A DNA stretch of 64,000 nucleotides, taken from positions 510 to 64,509 of the forward strand of contig JALSTH010000040.1 of the NCBI GenBank assembly GCA_026983835.1. Reading direction: 5' to 3'. The position numbers were made by a program, and so were the translations under genes. Shown here in pieces: positions 1 to 10,354 of the stretch. A model generated the notes under the pieces. The model was not told where the DNA came from. It saw only the letters and a list, made by a program, of their open reading frames with translations, and searched no databases. Source of the DNA: Candidatus Zixiibacteriota bacterium (GTDB lineage Bacteria > Zixibacteria > MSB-5A5 > UM-FILTER-46-8). Position 1 is the first letter of the stretch, and the number at the start of each line of letters is the position of its first letter.

Positions 1-1703
1 TGGTCGTGGAAAAGGCCGTCATAAGCTCCCAAACCGGTTTCGCTGTAATCGGGACCATTACCATCGATAGGTCCATTGCCGACACCCCACCAATAATCCT
101 CATCCCAATAGGTCGAATTACTGCCACCTATATAACCGATGGCTCCCTTATCGGCAACCTGCAACCATACTTCGCCGAAACAGGGAGTCGATTCGCCGAA
201 AGTATTAGTCAAACAACAATTACCTATGACCAATGGGTATTTATCCGCATTGGTCAAGCCATTAACATCACTTCTGGTAAACGAAGGATCATAAAAACCA
301 TCATGGCTGCCATGAGCGGTGTAGTTCAAAAATCCGATGCCATCATTGACGGTTTGTATAATCGCCGCCGAAGCACCCGGATCATCGGATGCGGGGTAAA
401 GCCAAGTATGGTCAGTTATTCCATGAGCGGCATTGAAATACAGATTTGTGCCATAATTAATCTGACCATTTCCCCAAGTTGGAGCATAGCCGGCATCGAC
501 GCCGGCTATTAGGGTAACTTCCGCCTGATAAGACGGATCGGGCATAGTGTATTGCTCATGCTCCAATGTCTTATCGATTTGGGGCTGAAGTTCAGATGTG
601 CTCTGCGCCGAGAAACGACCATAATAGATTTCGGGTAAATCATCCCCGGTAAATTCGCAGAAATACAGGTCGGTTATGTGCGAGCCGGCAGTCCCGTTAA
701 ACGGCGGAATCTGCGGGGTATCCCCAACCAATAAAACAAAAGACGGCGCCGGATCTTCAGGGGGATTACTGTTATTATAAATATTCTCTATCCAAGATTT
801 GATAGCGGTATTTGAATAACCTATCTCATCGGTATAGCCGACTACAACCGTAAATCCTTTTTCAGTTTTCCACTGAATAAAAGGTTGCAACTGACTCTCA
901 AACATCCTGTCGGCAACAATCACATACTTGATTGGATAAGTTACCAAATCATCGAGTTGCTGCGGGGGCGGGGTTTGATAATTAAACAGCTGATGATAAA
1001 CCGTCTCAAAAGCCGGGGAATAATATTTTTCCCTCATTTGATCGGTGAGAGCATAATCGGGATGCTGGTAATTAACTCTTACGGTAAGCTGCTTATAAAC
1101 TCTCAAACTGTTTTTTACAGGATTATATTGAATAGGAGCTAATTCGACCATCCCGATATGAACCGAACGCATCGTGCCGACTATTTCGGTATTCACCAAA
1201 GGCAGTGCATAATACCTATCCTCCTGATATGACGCTCTGTTATATCTAAAAGGCACATCCTGAGGATTAGCCGACTTGGAAAGCGAAGGCTGAGTCGGGA
1301 TTATCGGATTGGTTATTCCCAAGTCGGAAAGCGAAATTTCCTCGAATTGAGAATTAATGATATCCGTTGTTAAATCACTCTTAAATGGGATATCCAAAAG
1401 CCGATTTACCATCGGAAGATTAGGCTCGCCAATATTGTGGGAGCGGGAAAAATCTTTCACAACAATCATTGTGAAATCCCCGTCAGGGGTAGAAACAGGC
1501 TCAAAATCGACCTTGGAGATATTCATCTGCAGAGTTAAGCCGGAATTATCCTGACTTAGAAGTTCTACGCCCGATGAAGGCCCTCCCAAATCGACAGATT
1601 GATTAGCAAACGCCAGCCCGGACACAGACGCCCAAATAGCGATTACCAAACATAGCTTCAGCAATGTTTTACTCAAAACTTCCTCCGTATTTTTGGGGTT
1701 CAT
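1..1703 (-). CDS. Gingipain-like C25 family cysteine peptidase. The C-terminal part runs off the window start. Plus-strand ORFs 6-512, 885-1142 and 1357-1554 are antisense shadows of this gene.
   Basis: Minus-strand frame is open from ATG at 1701-1703 to position 1. The N-terminus looks like a signal peptide (MNPKNTEEVLSKTLLKLCLVIAIWASVSGLAFA). A propeptide-like region follows, then ...YTAHGSHDGFYDP... and later ...VIGNCCLTNTFGE..., His before Cys as in the C25 catalytic dyad. I hand-checked the translation of the first ~120 nt and of 300-360. Confidence 0.55.
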   Translation of the reverse strand, partial: MNPKNTEEVLSKTLLKLCLVIAIWASVSGLAFANQSVDLGGPSSGVELLSQDNSGLTLQMNISKVDFEPVSTPDGDFTMIVVKDFSRSHNIGEPNLPMVNRLLDIPFKSDLTTDIINSQFEEISLSDLGITNPIIPTQPSLSKSANPQDVPFRYNRASYQEDRYYALPLVNTEIVGTMRSVHIGMVELAPIQYNPVKNSLRVYKQLTVRVNYQHPDYALTDQMREKYYSPAFETVYHQLFNYQTPPPQQLDDLVTYPIKYVIVADRMFESQLQPFIQWKTEKGFTVVVGYTDEIGYSNTAIKSWIENIYNNSNPPEDPAPSFVLLVGDTPQIPPFNGTAGSHITDLYFCEFTGDDLPEIYYGRFSAQSTSELQPQIDKTLEHEQYTMPDPSYQAEVTLIAGVDAGYAPTWGNGQINYGTNLYFNAAHGITDHTWLYPASDDPGASAAIIQTVNDGIGFLNYTAHGSHDGFYDPSFTRSDVNGLTNADKYPLVIGNCCLTNTFGESTPCFGEVWLQVADKGAIGYIGGSNSTYWDEDYWWGVGNGPIDGNGPDYSETGLGAYDGLFHD

Positions 1704-1978
1704 AAGGATATGAAGAAATTAATCGAATTATCATAGAACATATAATATATAGAAGAAAATTCTACCTATTTATTATAAATAAATTCTCTGATAAGTCAAG
1801 AGAATTTGATAGTTTAAGTTTTTTGACCTTGTAGCCCAAAACTTACTTTTAGATTTATTAGAATAAAAAAAGATAAAATATCCATATTCTTTAATTAAGA
1901 TTACTTAATTCGAGTGGATTAGTAAAATTATTCATATTCTTTCCGAAAATATATTAGGACTTCTTATTCGGGGTCAAT

Positions 1979-2584
1979 ATGCTGAAAGCGTTAAGATATT
2001 TTATCTGGGACATAAGTGTAAAATCCGGGCGGTATGCCCTGTTGCAAATGTTATTGAAAGATTTCCCCGGCTTGTTCGGTATTGAAATCCGCAGGCGATT
2101 TTACCGCCGATATTTCGGTTCAATGGGTGAGGATGTGGTTATCCATCAGGATTTCCACGCGCGAAATATTCATAACTTATTCGTCGGCAACGGAGTTCAT
2201 CTCGGGGAAAGTTGCTTTATTCAAGCCGCCGGAAAAGTGAGCATAGGGGAGAATACGATAATAGGTCCAGGAGTCAAAATCTGGTCTCAAAATCATCAAT
2301 TCAAAGATCCGACAATCCCCATAAAAGAGCAAGGATATACCTTCAAGGAAGTAATAATCGGTGATGATGTATGGATAGGCGCCAATGCATTCATAATGCC
2401 GGGCGCCGTTATCGGCAAAGGAGCAGTAATCTCAGCGGGATCGCTTTTGGGGGGGAAACCCATACCACCTTATAAAATCGTCGCCGGTAATCCGGCAAGG
2501 ATTATCGGGAAAAGGGAAATTACAGGTAGTAAAAGCAACTCCCAAAACAGATCCGAAATCCCCAAAATCGCATCGAATATTTAA
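1979..2584 (+). CDS. Hexapeptide-repeat (left-handed beta-helix) sugar O-acetyltransferase
   Basis: Repeated [LIV]G-x-x-x-x hexapeptides (IGENTIIGPGVKIW, IGDDVWIGANAFIMPGAVIGKGAVISAGSLL, IVAGNPARIIG), typical of the WcaF/MAT family. Sits next to two glycosyltransferases. Confidence 0.7.
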   Translation: MLKALRYFIWDISVKSGRYALLQMLLKDFPGLFGIEIRRRFYRRYFGSMGEDVVIHQDFHARNIHNLFVGNGVHLGESCFIQAAGKVSIGENTIIGPGVKIWSQNHQFKDPTIPIKEQGYTFKEVIIGDDVWIGANAFIMPGAVIGKGAVISAGSLLGGKPIPPYKIVAGNPARIIGKREITGSKSNSQNRSEIPKIASNI

Positions 2585-2746
2585 CATCGGTGAGAGCAAA
2601 TCCATTATAATATCAAATATCTATTATCATTTTAATTCATTGAACCAACAACAGATATATTCGATTCCCTTCAAGCGCTATCGGTATTTTCCGATAAAAA
2701 TTATGAAAACTATTAAAATTAAGATGTTCAGGATTAAATAAAAAGT

Positions 2747-3946
2747 ATGACTTTTAAGGCAGAAGACCAAACAAATTCATCAACGGTAACCGTCCGCTCA
2801 GACTTACCCCGGGAGAATGTTCGCCAACGGCGGATATCTGTTTTGCATATCGTCCTATCCACGGTAACCGGCGGAATGGAGAATGTTATCTATAATCTCG
2901 CTTCAGGAATGGATTACAGCCGTTATGAGGTAAAGATAGGATGTTTATTGGAGGTGGGATATCTCTCGGATAAACTGAAAAAATTCGGCGTGGAATCCTA
3001 TTTAATCCCTAAAATGATACCCGGTGTGTCGATGATCTATCCCCGTAATTTAATAAAATTCATCAGGGAAAGCGGCTGCGATATAGTTCATACCCACTCC
3101 GGATGCTGGGGCAAAGCCGCTGCAGCCTGCGTTCATCTCCCGAATGTGAAATTGATATACACCGAACATGGACGGACATTCCCGGACCCGAAGATCGGCA
3201 TCATCATAGATAGATTAGCCTCTCGTTTAACCAATAAGGTGATTGCTGTCGGGGATAATTTGCGGGATTATTTGGTGAATACCGTCGGGGTGCGAGAGGA
3301 CAAAACAATAACTATTTTTAATGGAATCGATACCGATAGATTCAAGCCCGCTGTTGAGCGATTATCAGTTCGGAAGGAATTCGGATGCGTAGATGGCGAT
3401 GTGGTAATCGGGATAGTAGCCCGATTAGCCAAAGTGAAAAATCATAATTACCTGATAGATGCTTTTAAGATCCTTTCGGAGCGAAAACTCCCCGTGAAAT
3501 TGCTCATTATCGGGGATGGTCCTCTTAGAACGGATTTGGAGATGCGGGTGAAATCCTATGGGTTAAAAGATAGGGTTATGTTTGCCGGGGATAGGGATGA
3601 TGTACCTTTACTGTTGAATGCGGTTGATGTCGCTACTTTATCATCATTGAGTGAGGGGACAAGCCTTACCCTTTTGGAAGCGATGTCCAGCGGATTGCCT
3701 GTTGTGGCGACTGCCGTCGGGGGAAATAAAACTATCATCAACGATGGGGAAAATGGCTTCCTTGTCGATATAAATGATGTAAATTCTTATGCCGATAAAT
3801 TGGAAAAATTGGTAAAATATCCGCAACTGCGAGCTGAAATCGGGGGGAAAGCCCGTAGTGATATTATTGCGAGATGGTCGTTGAAAAGGATGGTCGATGG
3901 TTATCAAAAATTATACGAAGAGATTATCAAGCAAAAGAATCCATAA
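2747..3946 (+). CDS. Family 4 glycosyltransferase (GT-B, group 1)
   Basis: N-terminal RISVLHIV...GG.E start and the C-terminal EGTSLTLLEAMSSGLPVVATAVGGNKTII-NGENGFLV (E-x7-E) signature. The true start may be downstream of 2747. Confidence 0.8.
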   Translation: MTFKAEDQTNSSTVTVRSDLPRENVRQRRISVLHIVLSTVTGGMENVIYNLASGMDYSRYEVKIGCLLEVGYLSDKLKKFGVESYLIPKMIPGVSMIYPRNLIKFIRESGCDIVHTHSGCWGKAAAACVHLPNVKLIYTEHGRTFPDPKIGIIIDRLASRLTNKVIAVGDNLRDYLVNTVGVREDKTITIFNGIDTDRFKPAVERLSVRKEFGCVDGDVVIGIVARLAKVKNHNYLIDAFKILSERKLPVKLLIIGDGPLRTDLEMRVKSYGLKDRVMFAGDRDDVPLLLNAVDVATLSSLSEGTSLTLLEAMSSGLPVVATAVGGNKTIINDGENGFLVDINDVNSYADKLEKLVKYPQLRAEIGGKARSDIIARWSLKRMVDGYQKLYEEIIKQKNP

Positions 3947-5111
3947 GTTGACCGGGAAAGATATCATCTGTATATCGTCTATGCCATATAGCGGGATGTG
4001 GACGAGAAAGCAAAGGCTGATGACTTTGTTGGCGGAGATGGGGAATCGCGTGCTTTATGTAGAACCATCGAATCCGCTTTTTACTTCAGTCGGCGATAAA
4101 GGGGAATACAATCTCGATTTTAGGGAAGCGAAAGATAATCTTTTTATACTCCGCCCCCGAGGGAGGCTTCCATTGGCAAGGTATGGGCTAATCCAAAATA
4201 TAAATCTGCGCAGATTCGCCCGTGATGTAAAAATAACGCTGTCCAAATTGAATTTCAACAATCCGATTATATTCACCTACCTTCCGGTGATCAATGCTCA
4301 TACGCCCTTTAACGATTTATTGGACTATTTCGATTATTCGCTTTTGGTATACGATTGCGTCGATGAGCATTCCGAAACAATCGGTTATTCGCCTCAAGCC
4401 TCTGAAATGGTCCATAATTGGGATTTGGAACTGACTGCCAGAGCGGATATTGTCTTCGTAACCGCAAAAAGCTTATATGATGATAGAAAACATCTCAACC
4501 GCCATTTATATTATTCGCCCAACGGAGTGAATGTAAACCATTTTTCAAAAGCGACCCAAAAAGCAATTGAAATCCCTTCCGATTTGGCGGTAATCCCGGA
4601 GCCGAGGATAGGATTTGTCGGTTCGCTTTCCGATTGGATAGACTACCGCTTAATAGCGAAAATCGCTAAAAGACATCCCTATTACAATATCGTTCTGATA
4701 GGTCCGCTCAAGCGGGGGCTAAAACCGACGGAATTGGAAGGGCTGGAAAATGTTCATCTCCTTGGAAAAAAGGACCTAAAGGATTTACCCGATTATCTGC
4801 GGGGAGTCGATTGTGGGATTAACCCTTTTAAAAAAGTAAAGCTCGCCGAAAAAGTTAACCCTCTGAAAGTCTATGAATACCTGGCAGCAGGTTTGACGGT
4901 AGTTTCGGTTGATATGCCAGAAGTCGTTCCGTTGGAGGGAGTTATCTATATCGGGCGATCGGATGAGGAATTTATCGAGGGGGTGGAAAAAGTCATCAAC
5001 GGGGAGTTTTTACCCGATAAAAGGAAATTGGAGGAGGTCCTTGCCAAGCATAATTGGGATAAAATTTTCGGGGATTTGATTGAAATAGTTGCTAAAAGGA
5101 TTTATGTGTGA
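3897..5111 (+). CDS. Glycosyltransferase, group 1-like (EPS/LPS biosynthesis)
   Basis: C-terminal LLGKKDLKDLPDYLRGVDCGINPFK...KVYEYLAAGLTVVS resembles the GT1 nucleotide-sugar binding half. AAGGA sits 7 nt before ATG 3897, which creates a 50-nt overlap with the upstream gene. An alternative start is ATG 3981 (MPYSGMW). Confidence 0.6.
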   Translation: MVIKNYTKRLSSKRIHKLTGKDIICISSMPYSGMWTRKQRLMTLLAEMGNRVLYVEPSNPLFTSVGDKGEYNLDFREAKDNLFILRPRGRLPLARYGLIQNINLRRFARDVKITLSKLNFNNPIIFTYLPVINAHTPFNDLLDYFDYSLLVYDCVDEHSETIGYSPQASEMVHNWDLELTARADIVFVTAKSLYDDRKHLNRHLYYSPNGVNVNHFSKATQKAIEIPSDLAVIPEPRIGFVGSLSDWIDYRLIAKIAKRHPYYNIVLIGPLKRGLKPTELEGLENVHLLGKKDLKDLPDYLRGVDCGINPFKKVKLAEKVNPLKVYEYLAAGLTVVSVDMPEVVPLEGVIYIGRSDEEFIEGVEKVINGEFLPDKRKLEEVLAKHNWDKIFGDLIEIVAKRIYV

Positions 5112-5146
5112 TATAATGAATATCATTTTCAATATTGTTAGAATAG

Positions 5147-7873
5147 TTGTTTCCTGATTTTAGAATCCATTTCAATCTATCAATAAGGTTTAATCAAATG
5201 TTTAATCCCCCTCCAAATAGCGATTTTCCTTACCGAAGACTGTATTCCACTTTCATTGTAATTATCCTTTTTCTTATTTTAACGGTTATACAGGTTTATG
5301 CGGCGAAATATCCCCACATTCGCACAGCCGCCTTAACCTACTCGCTAACCGATTCTATCGGAGCCGACTTTGTCGGCAGGCATTACGACTTGGCGATTAA
5401 TCCGGGCGGCTCCAATTATGATATTATCAAAAGCGTCGATCCGCAAACCAGATGCCTTCGCTATTTAACTATCTCCACCTACCGAGACGACGATTATCAA
5501 CTTCTGTCGACATTTTGCAATGAGCGGGGATATAATTACGACTCTATGTTTTTATGGGTGGAAAATAATACCGTCTGTGTGGAGGCGGTAGCTCCAGCCG
5601 GAGAGCCCTGCGAAGGCGATGTTTCCTGTTCGGATCCTGGGCAGAAGCTCCAGTATTGCGGGTGGAATTCTTTCCGTACCGCTCCAGATTTCCGCAGGCA
5701 GGAAGTATGGGAATTTGTTATCTATAAATATCTGAATTTAATCGGTTCTCAATTTGATGGAGCTATGGAGGATGAGGCAGTTTTCTATTATCATCCTCAA
5801 TGGAATTATTACAGTACTATGATGGTTTATCCGCTCTCGCCCTCCAAATGGGTCAGCGGTTCGTCAGCTGATATAAACGGCTGGGAAGGATATTCCCAAG
5901 ATGCCATACGGGATAGCTTAATGCACCTAAAACAGCAAACCTGGCTTCCTATGCTGATGGACTCCCTTCGAGCGCATAACAAACTTCGATTTGCCAATCC
6001 TGCAGCTTACGGTGTTTTGGGATCGGATGTTATAGAAGATGTTGCTTTGACGGGGACAGGCGACCTTTTGGGCGAAGGGATGCATCTCCGTCCATTGGGA
6101 GGCTATTGGAATAATCAGGCGTGGGATATAATGGAATACATAAGGAATACAGATGGTTATGCCATTGTTTGGACGGAGATCACTTCCGCAGATTCGGAAG
6201 CTTTAGGGAGTTGGGCGAGATGTCAGATGGAGCGGCTGGCATGGTATTATATGGTCGGCGATACTACTCACTTCTATTTCCTTTTGACCGGAAACGAACT
6301 TTGGCTCAGACCCAATGATTACCGCGCTCCCGATAGTTTGTATAAATGGGCGCCGGCTTTTGAATATGATATCGGACAGCCTGTTGGCTCTAAATATATT
6401 GCTCAAACGGGGACGGACCCCTCAGGGCAGTCTTACGAGATTTACGCCCGGGTTTTCACCAACGGTCTTGTTCTCCATAGGGATGCAATGGGATCCGATT
6501 ACAGCGCCAATTCCGCCGTCTCCTGTAATTTAGGAGACCAATTCTATGAACTCCAAGCCGATGGCAGTTTGGGAGACATCGTAACCGTCTCGGTAATCAA
6601 AAACTGCGAAGGGAAAATATACATTCCGGTCAGCGGAAACTCCAACCACCCCCCTTCGGCTCCTGATCCGCTGCACCCCCAATATGGCGAGAATATCGAG
6701 GATACTCACCCGATACTGATAGTAGATAATAGTAGTGATGAGGATGGGGATGAATTGACATATAACTTTTATGTAGCATTGGACAGCGAATTCAATCAAA
6801 TAGTAGATTCCGAACAGGATATCCAGCAAGGTGACGACAGTACTTCCTGCCCTGTGCAGGTTGACCTTTCCTATGGAACCGATTATTATTGGCGCAGTTG
6901 TGCATTCGATGGTATCGACTATGGTGACTATTCACAAACGAGCTATTTTCATATTATTCAACCCAACACACCACCGCCGCCCCCCTTACCCTATATTCCA
7001 ATTGACGGTTCCACAGTCGATGTTACTAAGCCGACACTAAAGGGAATCTGCTCTCGGGACCCCGATGGCGATATTCTTTTTTACTTTTTCGAGATCTCAG
7101 CGGATAGTCAATTCACTGGTGAAGTGCTAAATGGGGATAGTATCAAAGCCGTCAATGGGCTGGTAGGATGGAATATTCCTATCGAGTTAAACAGAAATAC
7201 AACTTATTTTTGGCGGTGCAGGGCTTTTGACGGTACCGATTTCGGCGATTTTTCAAGCACTTCTAAATTCAAGGTGAACGGCTATTACACCCAGCTTGAT
7301 AGTGTTCACCTCAACAGCGCAGGTTCCCTTTCCCCGAAAACGATCTCACCGTCGAATGGAGCGGTGATAAACAATAATGCCCCGACATTGAGGATAATCA
7401 ATATTCCCGAAGCTCGGCGATATTATTTTCGGGTTGCTTTGGATACCGCCTTTGAAAAGACAATTGCCCAATCCCCGGCAATTCCCTCCGGGGATGATAA
7501 AATCACTGAATGGCCTATCGATAGATCGCTTCCTTCCGGCAAATTATATTATTGGCAGGCTAAGGCGGAAGATGGAGAATGGTCGGGCGATGACTCCTTC
7601 TTTGTTTCGATAGGGATACATATTTTCCCAAATCCCTTCAGGTCGAGCAAGGGACATAGGACAGTAACTTTCCGTAATATACCAAAAAACAGTCATCTGA
7701 AAATAGCAACCATATCCGGTAAAACAGTACGTGAATTCGACCGTCTTCCGGAAGGCGATTTCGTTTGGGATTTACGAAACGCTTCGGGGGATGTTTTGGC
7801 TCCCGGTGTTTATTTGTATCTTGTCGATTATCCGGGCGGTTCCGCTAAAGGTAAGTTGGTGATAATACGCTGA
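5147..7873 (+). CDS. Large secreted protein with three ~100-aa Ig/Fn3-like repeats and a T9SS/FlgD-like C-terminal domain
   Basis: N-terminal hydrophobic anchor/signal (FIVIILFLILTVIQVYA). Three repeats share Y[YF]W[RQ]..A.DG.D[YF][GS]D[YF]S. C-terminus FPNPF...GKTV...GDFVWDLRNASGDVLAPGVYLYLV...GKLVIIR. Confidence 0.55.
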   Translation: MFPDFRIHFNLSIRFNQMFNPPPNSDFPYRRLYSTFIVIILFLILTVIQVYAAKYPHIRTAALTYSLTDSIGADFVGRHYDLAINPGGSNYDIIKSVDPQTRCLRYLTISTYRDDDYQLLSTFCNERGYNYDSMFLWVENNTVCVEAVAPAGEPCEGDVSCSDPGQKLQYCGWNSFRTAPDFRRQEVWEFVIYKYLNLIGSQFDGAMEDEAVFYYHPQWNYYSTMMVYPLSPSKWVSGSSADINGWEGYSQDAIRDSLMHLKQQTWLPMLMDSLRAHNKLRFANPAAYGVLGSDVIEDVALTGTGDLLGEGMHLRPLGGYWNNQAWDIMEYIRNTDGYAIVWTEITSADSEALGSWARCQMERLAWYYMVGDTTHFYFLLTGNELWLRPNDYRAPDSLYKWAPAFEYDIGQPVGSKYIAQTGTDPSGQSYEIYARVFTNGLVLHRDAMGSDYSANSAVSCNLGDQFYELQADGSLGDIVTVSVIKNCEGKIYIPVSGNSNHPPSAPDPLHPQYGENIEDTHPILIVDNSSDEDGDELTYNFYVALDSEFNQIVDSEQDIQQGDDSTSCPVQVDLSYGTDYYWRSCAFDGIDYGDYSQTSYFHIIQPNTPPPPPLPYIPIDGSTVDVTKPTLKGICSRDPDGDILFYFFEISADSQFTGEVLNGDSIKAVNGLVGWNIPIELNRNTTYFWRCRAFDGTDFGDFSSTSKFKVNGYYTQLDSVHLNSAGSLSPKTISPSNGAVINNNAPTLRIINIPEARRYYFRVALDTAFEKTIAQSPAIPSGDDKITEWPIDRSLPSGKLYYWQAKAEDGEWSGDDSFFVSIGIHIFPNPFRSSKGHRTVTFRNIPKNSHLKIATISGKTVREFDRLPEGDFVWDLRNASGDVLAPGVYLYLVDYPGGSAKGKLVIIR

Positions 7874-7989
7874 TTTTAAGTCTATTATAAAAATAGCGGC
7901 CTTCTCAATTTCCCACAGTTAGGAATTGAAAGCTTGACATCGACGATATCAAGATATTATCTTTTTAAAATAGACCCGGAGATGAAATA

Positions 7990-9183
7990 ATGCCTAAAGA
8001 AATCGTATTAAAATATGATAGCGCATTAGATGACAAAGAGTTGCGTGCTATCAGATTATTTAACAAGCTATTCGATAAAAAAGAAATACAGTTAGGATAT
8101 GACAGCGATGAGGTAATTATTCTATTACAAGAGATCGATATTAACAAATTAAAAGAAATATCCTCTCATTTTTCCGGTTATACTGATAAGAAGATTTTCA
8201 AAGATGTTCTCCGCTCAATAGAACAGATAAAAAGTTATGGGATTAAAGGAAAGAAAAGAAACTATGTTGATTATAATAAGGAAAGAAAAGTAAAGGGCAG
8301 AAAGAGCAAGGAATTAATAAGACACCAATATTACTATACTCAAGGAAACACTTTCGCAAAAGATGAAAATAAATTCCCGGAGGAATATGAAAATAAAATT
8401 ATTGTTGGCGATAGCGAAAATATATTAAAGAATATACCCGATAACTCTGTCGATTTGGTTTTTACATCACCTCCATATAATTTCGGGCTTGATTATGCTC
8501 AAAATCAAGACGCACACTATTGGGAAGATTATTTTGCAAAGCTTTTTAAGGTTTTTAAAGAATGTATTAGAATTACAAAATATGGCGGGAGAATAATAAT
8601 AAATGTTCAGCCATTATTTTCGGATTATATACCAAGTCATCAAATAATAAGTAATTTTTTTATGAAAGAAAAACTTATTTGGAAAGGGGAAATTCTCTGG
8701 GAAAAAAACAATTATAACTGTAAATATACCGCTTGGGGAAGTTGGAAAAGTCCAAGTAATCCATATTTAAAATACACCTGGGAATTTATTGAAATATTTT
8801 GTAAAGGGGATTTAAAAAAGACTGGAATGAAAGAAAATATAGACATTTCCGCGGATGAATTTAAAAAATGGGTTGTAGCGAAATGGTCAATTGCTCCCGA
8901 AAGAAATATGAAAAAATATGGACATCCCGCAATGTTTCCCGAAGAATTAGTTGAGCGTGTTCTTAAACTGTTTAGTTATAAGGGAGACATCATATTAGAT
9001 CCATTTAACGGGGTAGGAACAACTACTGTTGTTGCAAAAAGATTAAAGCGGAAATATGTCGGGATAGACATATCGGAGAAATATTGTAAAATAGCAGAAA
9101 AAAGGATACGGGGTTTAAAAAATAAACTTGGGTTATTTGCAGATGGAATCCAAGTTAAAGATAAAAAATTGATGAGCTGGTAA
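7990..9183 (+). CDS. Solitary DNA methyltransferase (beta-class N4-cytosine/N6-adenine) with a lysine-rich ~130-aa N-terminal extension
   Basis: Motif IV DLVFTSPPYNFGLDY (SPPY) precedes motif I ILDPFNGVGTTTVVAKRL, the beta-class order. Strongly AT-rich relative to flanks. No adjacent restriction endonuclease ORF. Confidence 0.8.
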   Translation: MPKEIVLKYDSALDDKELRAIRLFNKLFDKKEIQLGYDSDEVIILLQEIDINKLKEISSHFSGYTDKKIFKDVLRSIEQIKSYGIKGKKRNYVDYNKERKVKGRKSKELIRHQYYYTQGNTFAKDENKFPEEYENKIIVGDSENILKNIPDNSVDLVFTSPPYNFGLDYAQNQDAHYWEDYFAKLFKVFKECIRITKYGGRIIINVQPLFSDYIPSHQIISNFFMKEKLIWKGEILWEKNNYNCKYTAWGSWKSPSNPYLKYTWEFIEIFCKGDLKKTGMKENIDISADEFKKWVVAKWSIAPERNMKKYGHPAMFPEELVERVLKLFSYKGDIILDPFNGVGTTTVVAKRLKRKYVGIDISEKYCKIAEKRIRGLKNKLGLFADGIQVKDKKLMSW

Positions 9184-9429
9184 TTAGCTATAATAATAAA
9201 GTAAAAGAGATAACATTTGGAAGTAAGCCTACACATACATTGATGTCGTATTTTCCCGAAGTTAAGTTGCGAATATTTACATTTCTGAAGGGAGAGCGCA
9301 AAGTAGATAAACCAATTCATAAACCGAAATTCTTTAAGCCGTTAGAAAAGAAGCAGATTGAAAAGGCTGTCTTTATTTTATCGGCAGACTTAAAAAAATA
9401 CTTATGAAGCAAACAAATCACTACAGCGG

Positions 9430-10254
9430 ATGGCAATTCAGCGGCGCTTTTTTGCCTCCGGTAAACTCTGTCGTTATATCAATCCTATGAGAATGATAAA
9501 AGTATTAGCAGCGGTAATTATAGCTTTTTATATTTTCTCTTTTTTCCATTGTGGCAAAAAAAAGGAAAAGCAGATGAATTATATCGTAACGGAAAGGGGG
9601 GTTAATCTCCCTGTCTATACGGATATGCCCGAAGGTAGGGGTCCTTTCCCCGTATTGGTTGTGGCGCCAGGTTTGGGATATAATGCTACTCTGCCTTTGT
9701 TCTCTAAAATCGCCGAACAATGTAGATCCAATGGAATAATATGTGTTAGGTTCGAATGGGGATTTTTCATTAAAAACATCTCTCCATCGGAGAATTATGT
9801 AAATGAAAAGGACGATTACAACAGCGCGGTCAAATATGCAAAAAACATCCCCGAAGCCGATACCACCGAAATAATTATCGCCGGTAAATCATTGGGCGCG
9901 TTTGTAGCTCTGGATTATGCGGTTCGACATAAAGATTATAAGGCGTTGATACTGTTGACGCCGCCGTTGCATCCCCCACAACCTCCGTATGAAATCAGAA
10001 AGCGGTTCGAGGGATTGGATGAGACAAACGGGGGTGTCGCCATTATTTACGGGGACAAAGATCCTCTCTGCCATCCCGATAAACTAAAAGAACTTTTGGA
10101 TAAATTAAGGGTAAAACCGACGGTTTATCGTTTAAGGGGGAATCACTCTTTCAAAGGGGATACACAGCTTGATACGGAGCGGAATCTTGAAGATGCCGCT
10201 ATGTCTGTTGTGGGTTTTGTTCAAAAAGTCTGCGGCCAAAATAAAAGACATTGA
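9430..10254 (+). CDS. Alpha/beta hydrolase (dienelactone-hydrolase-like), secreted or lipoprotein
   Basis: Nucleophile elbow IIAGKSLGAFVAL (G-x-S-x-G). N-terminal hydrophobic segment MRMIKVLAAVIIAFYIFSFFHCG. C-terminal His/Asp region. Confidence 0.6.
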   Translation: MAIQRRFFASGKLCRYINPMRMIKVLAAVIIAFYIFSFFHCGKKKEKQMNYIVTERGVNLPVYTDMPEGRGPFPVLVVAPGLGYNATLPLFSKIAEQCRSNGIICVRFEWGFFIKNISPSENYVNEKDDYNSAVKYAKNIPEADTTEIIIAGKSLGAFVALDYAVRHKDYKALILLTPPLHPPQPPYEIRKRFEGLDETNGGVAIIYGDKDPLCHPDKLKELLDKLRVKPTVYRLRGNHSFKGDTQLDTERNLEDAAMSVVGFVQKVCGQNKRH

Positions 10255-10354
10255 AATTTCATATCAGCTCCAAATAAATCAAGGGCGGACAACCATCCGC
10301 CCTTGCAACTTTAAGAATTTATACAATCGCTTGCGATTTATCGTAAGTAAAGTT

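Noticed and set aside
6-1554. Plus-strand ORFs 6-512, 885-1142 and 1357-1554
   Set aside because: Low-complexity translations lying antisense to a long, motif-bearing minus-strand C25 peptidase frame; shadow ORFs.
3556-4276. Minus-strand ORFs 3556-3741, 3644-3907 and 4055-4276 inside the glycosyltransferase genes
   Set aside because: Short, antisense to well-supported GT coding sequence, no motifs.
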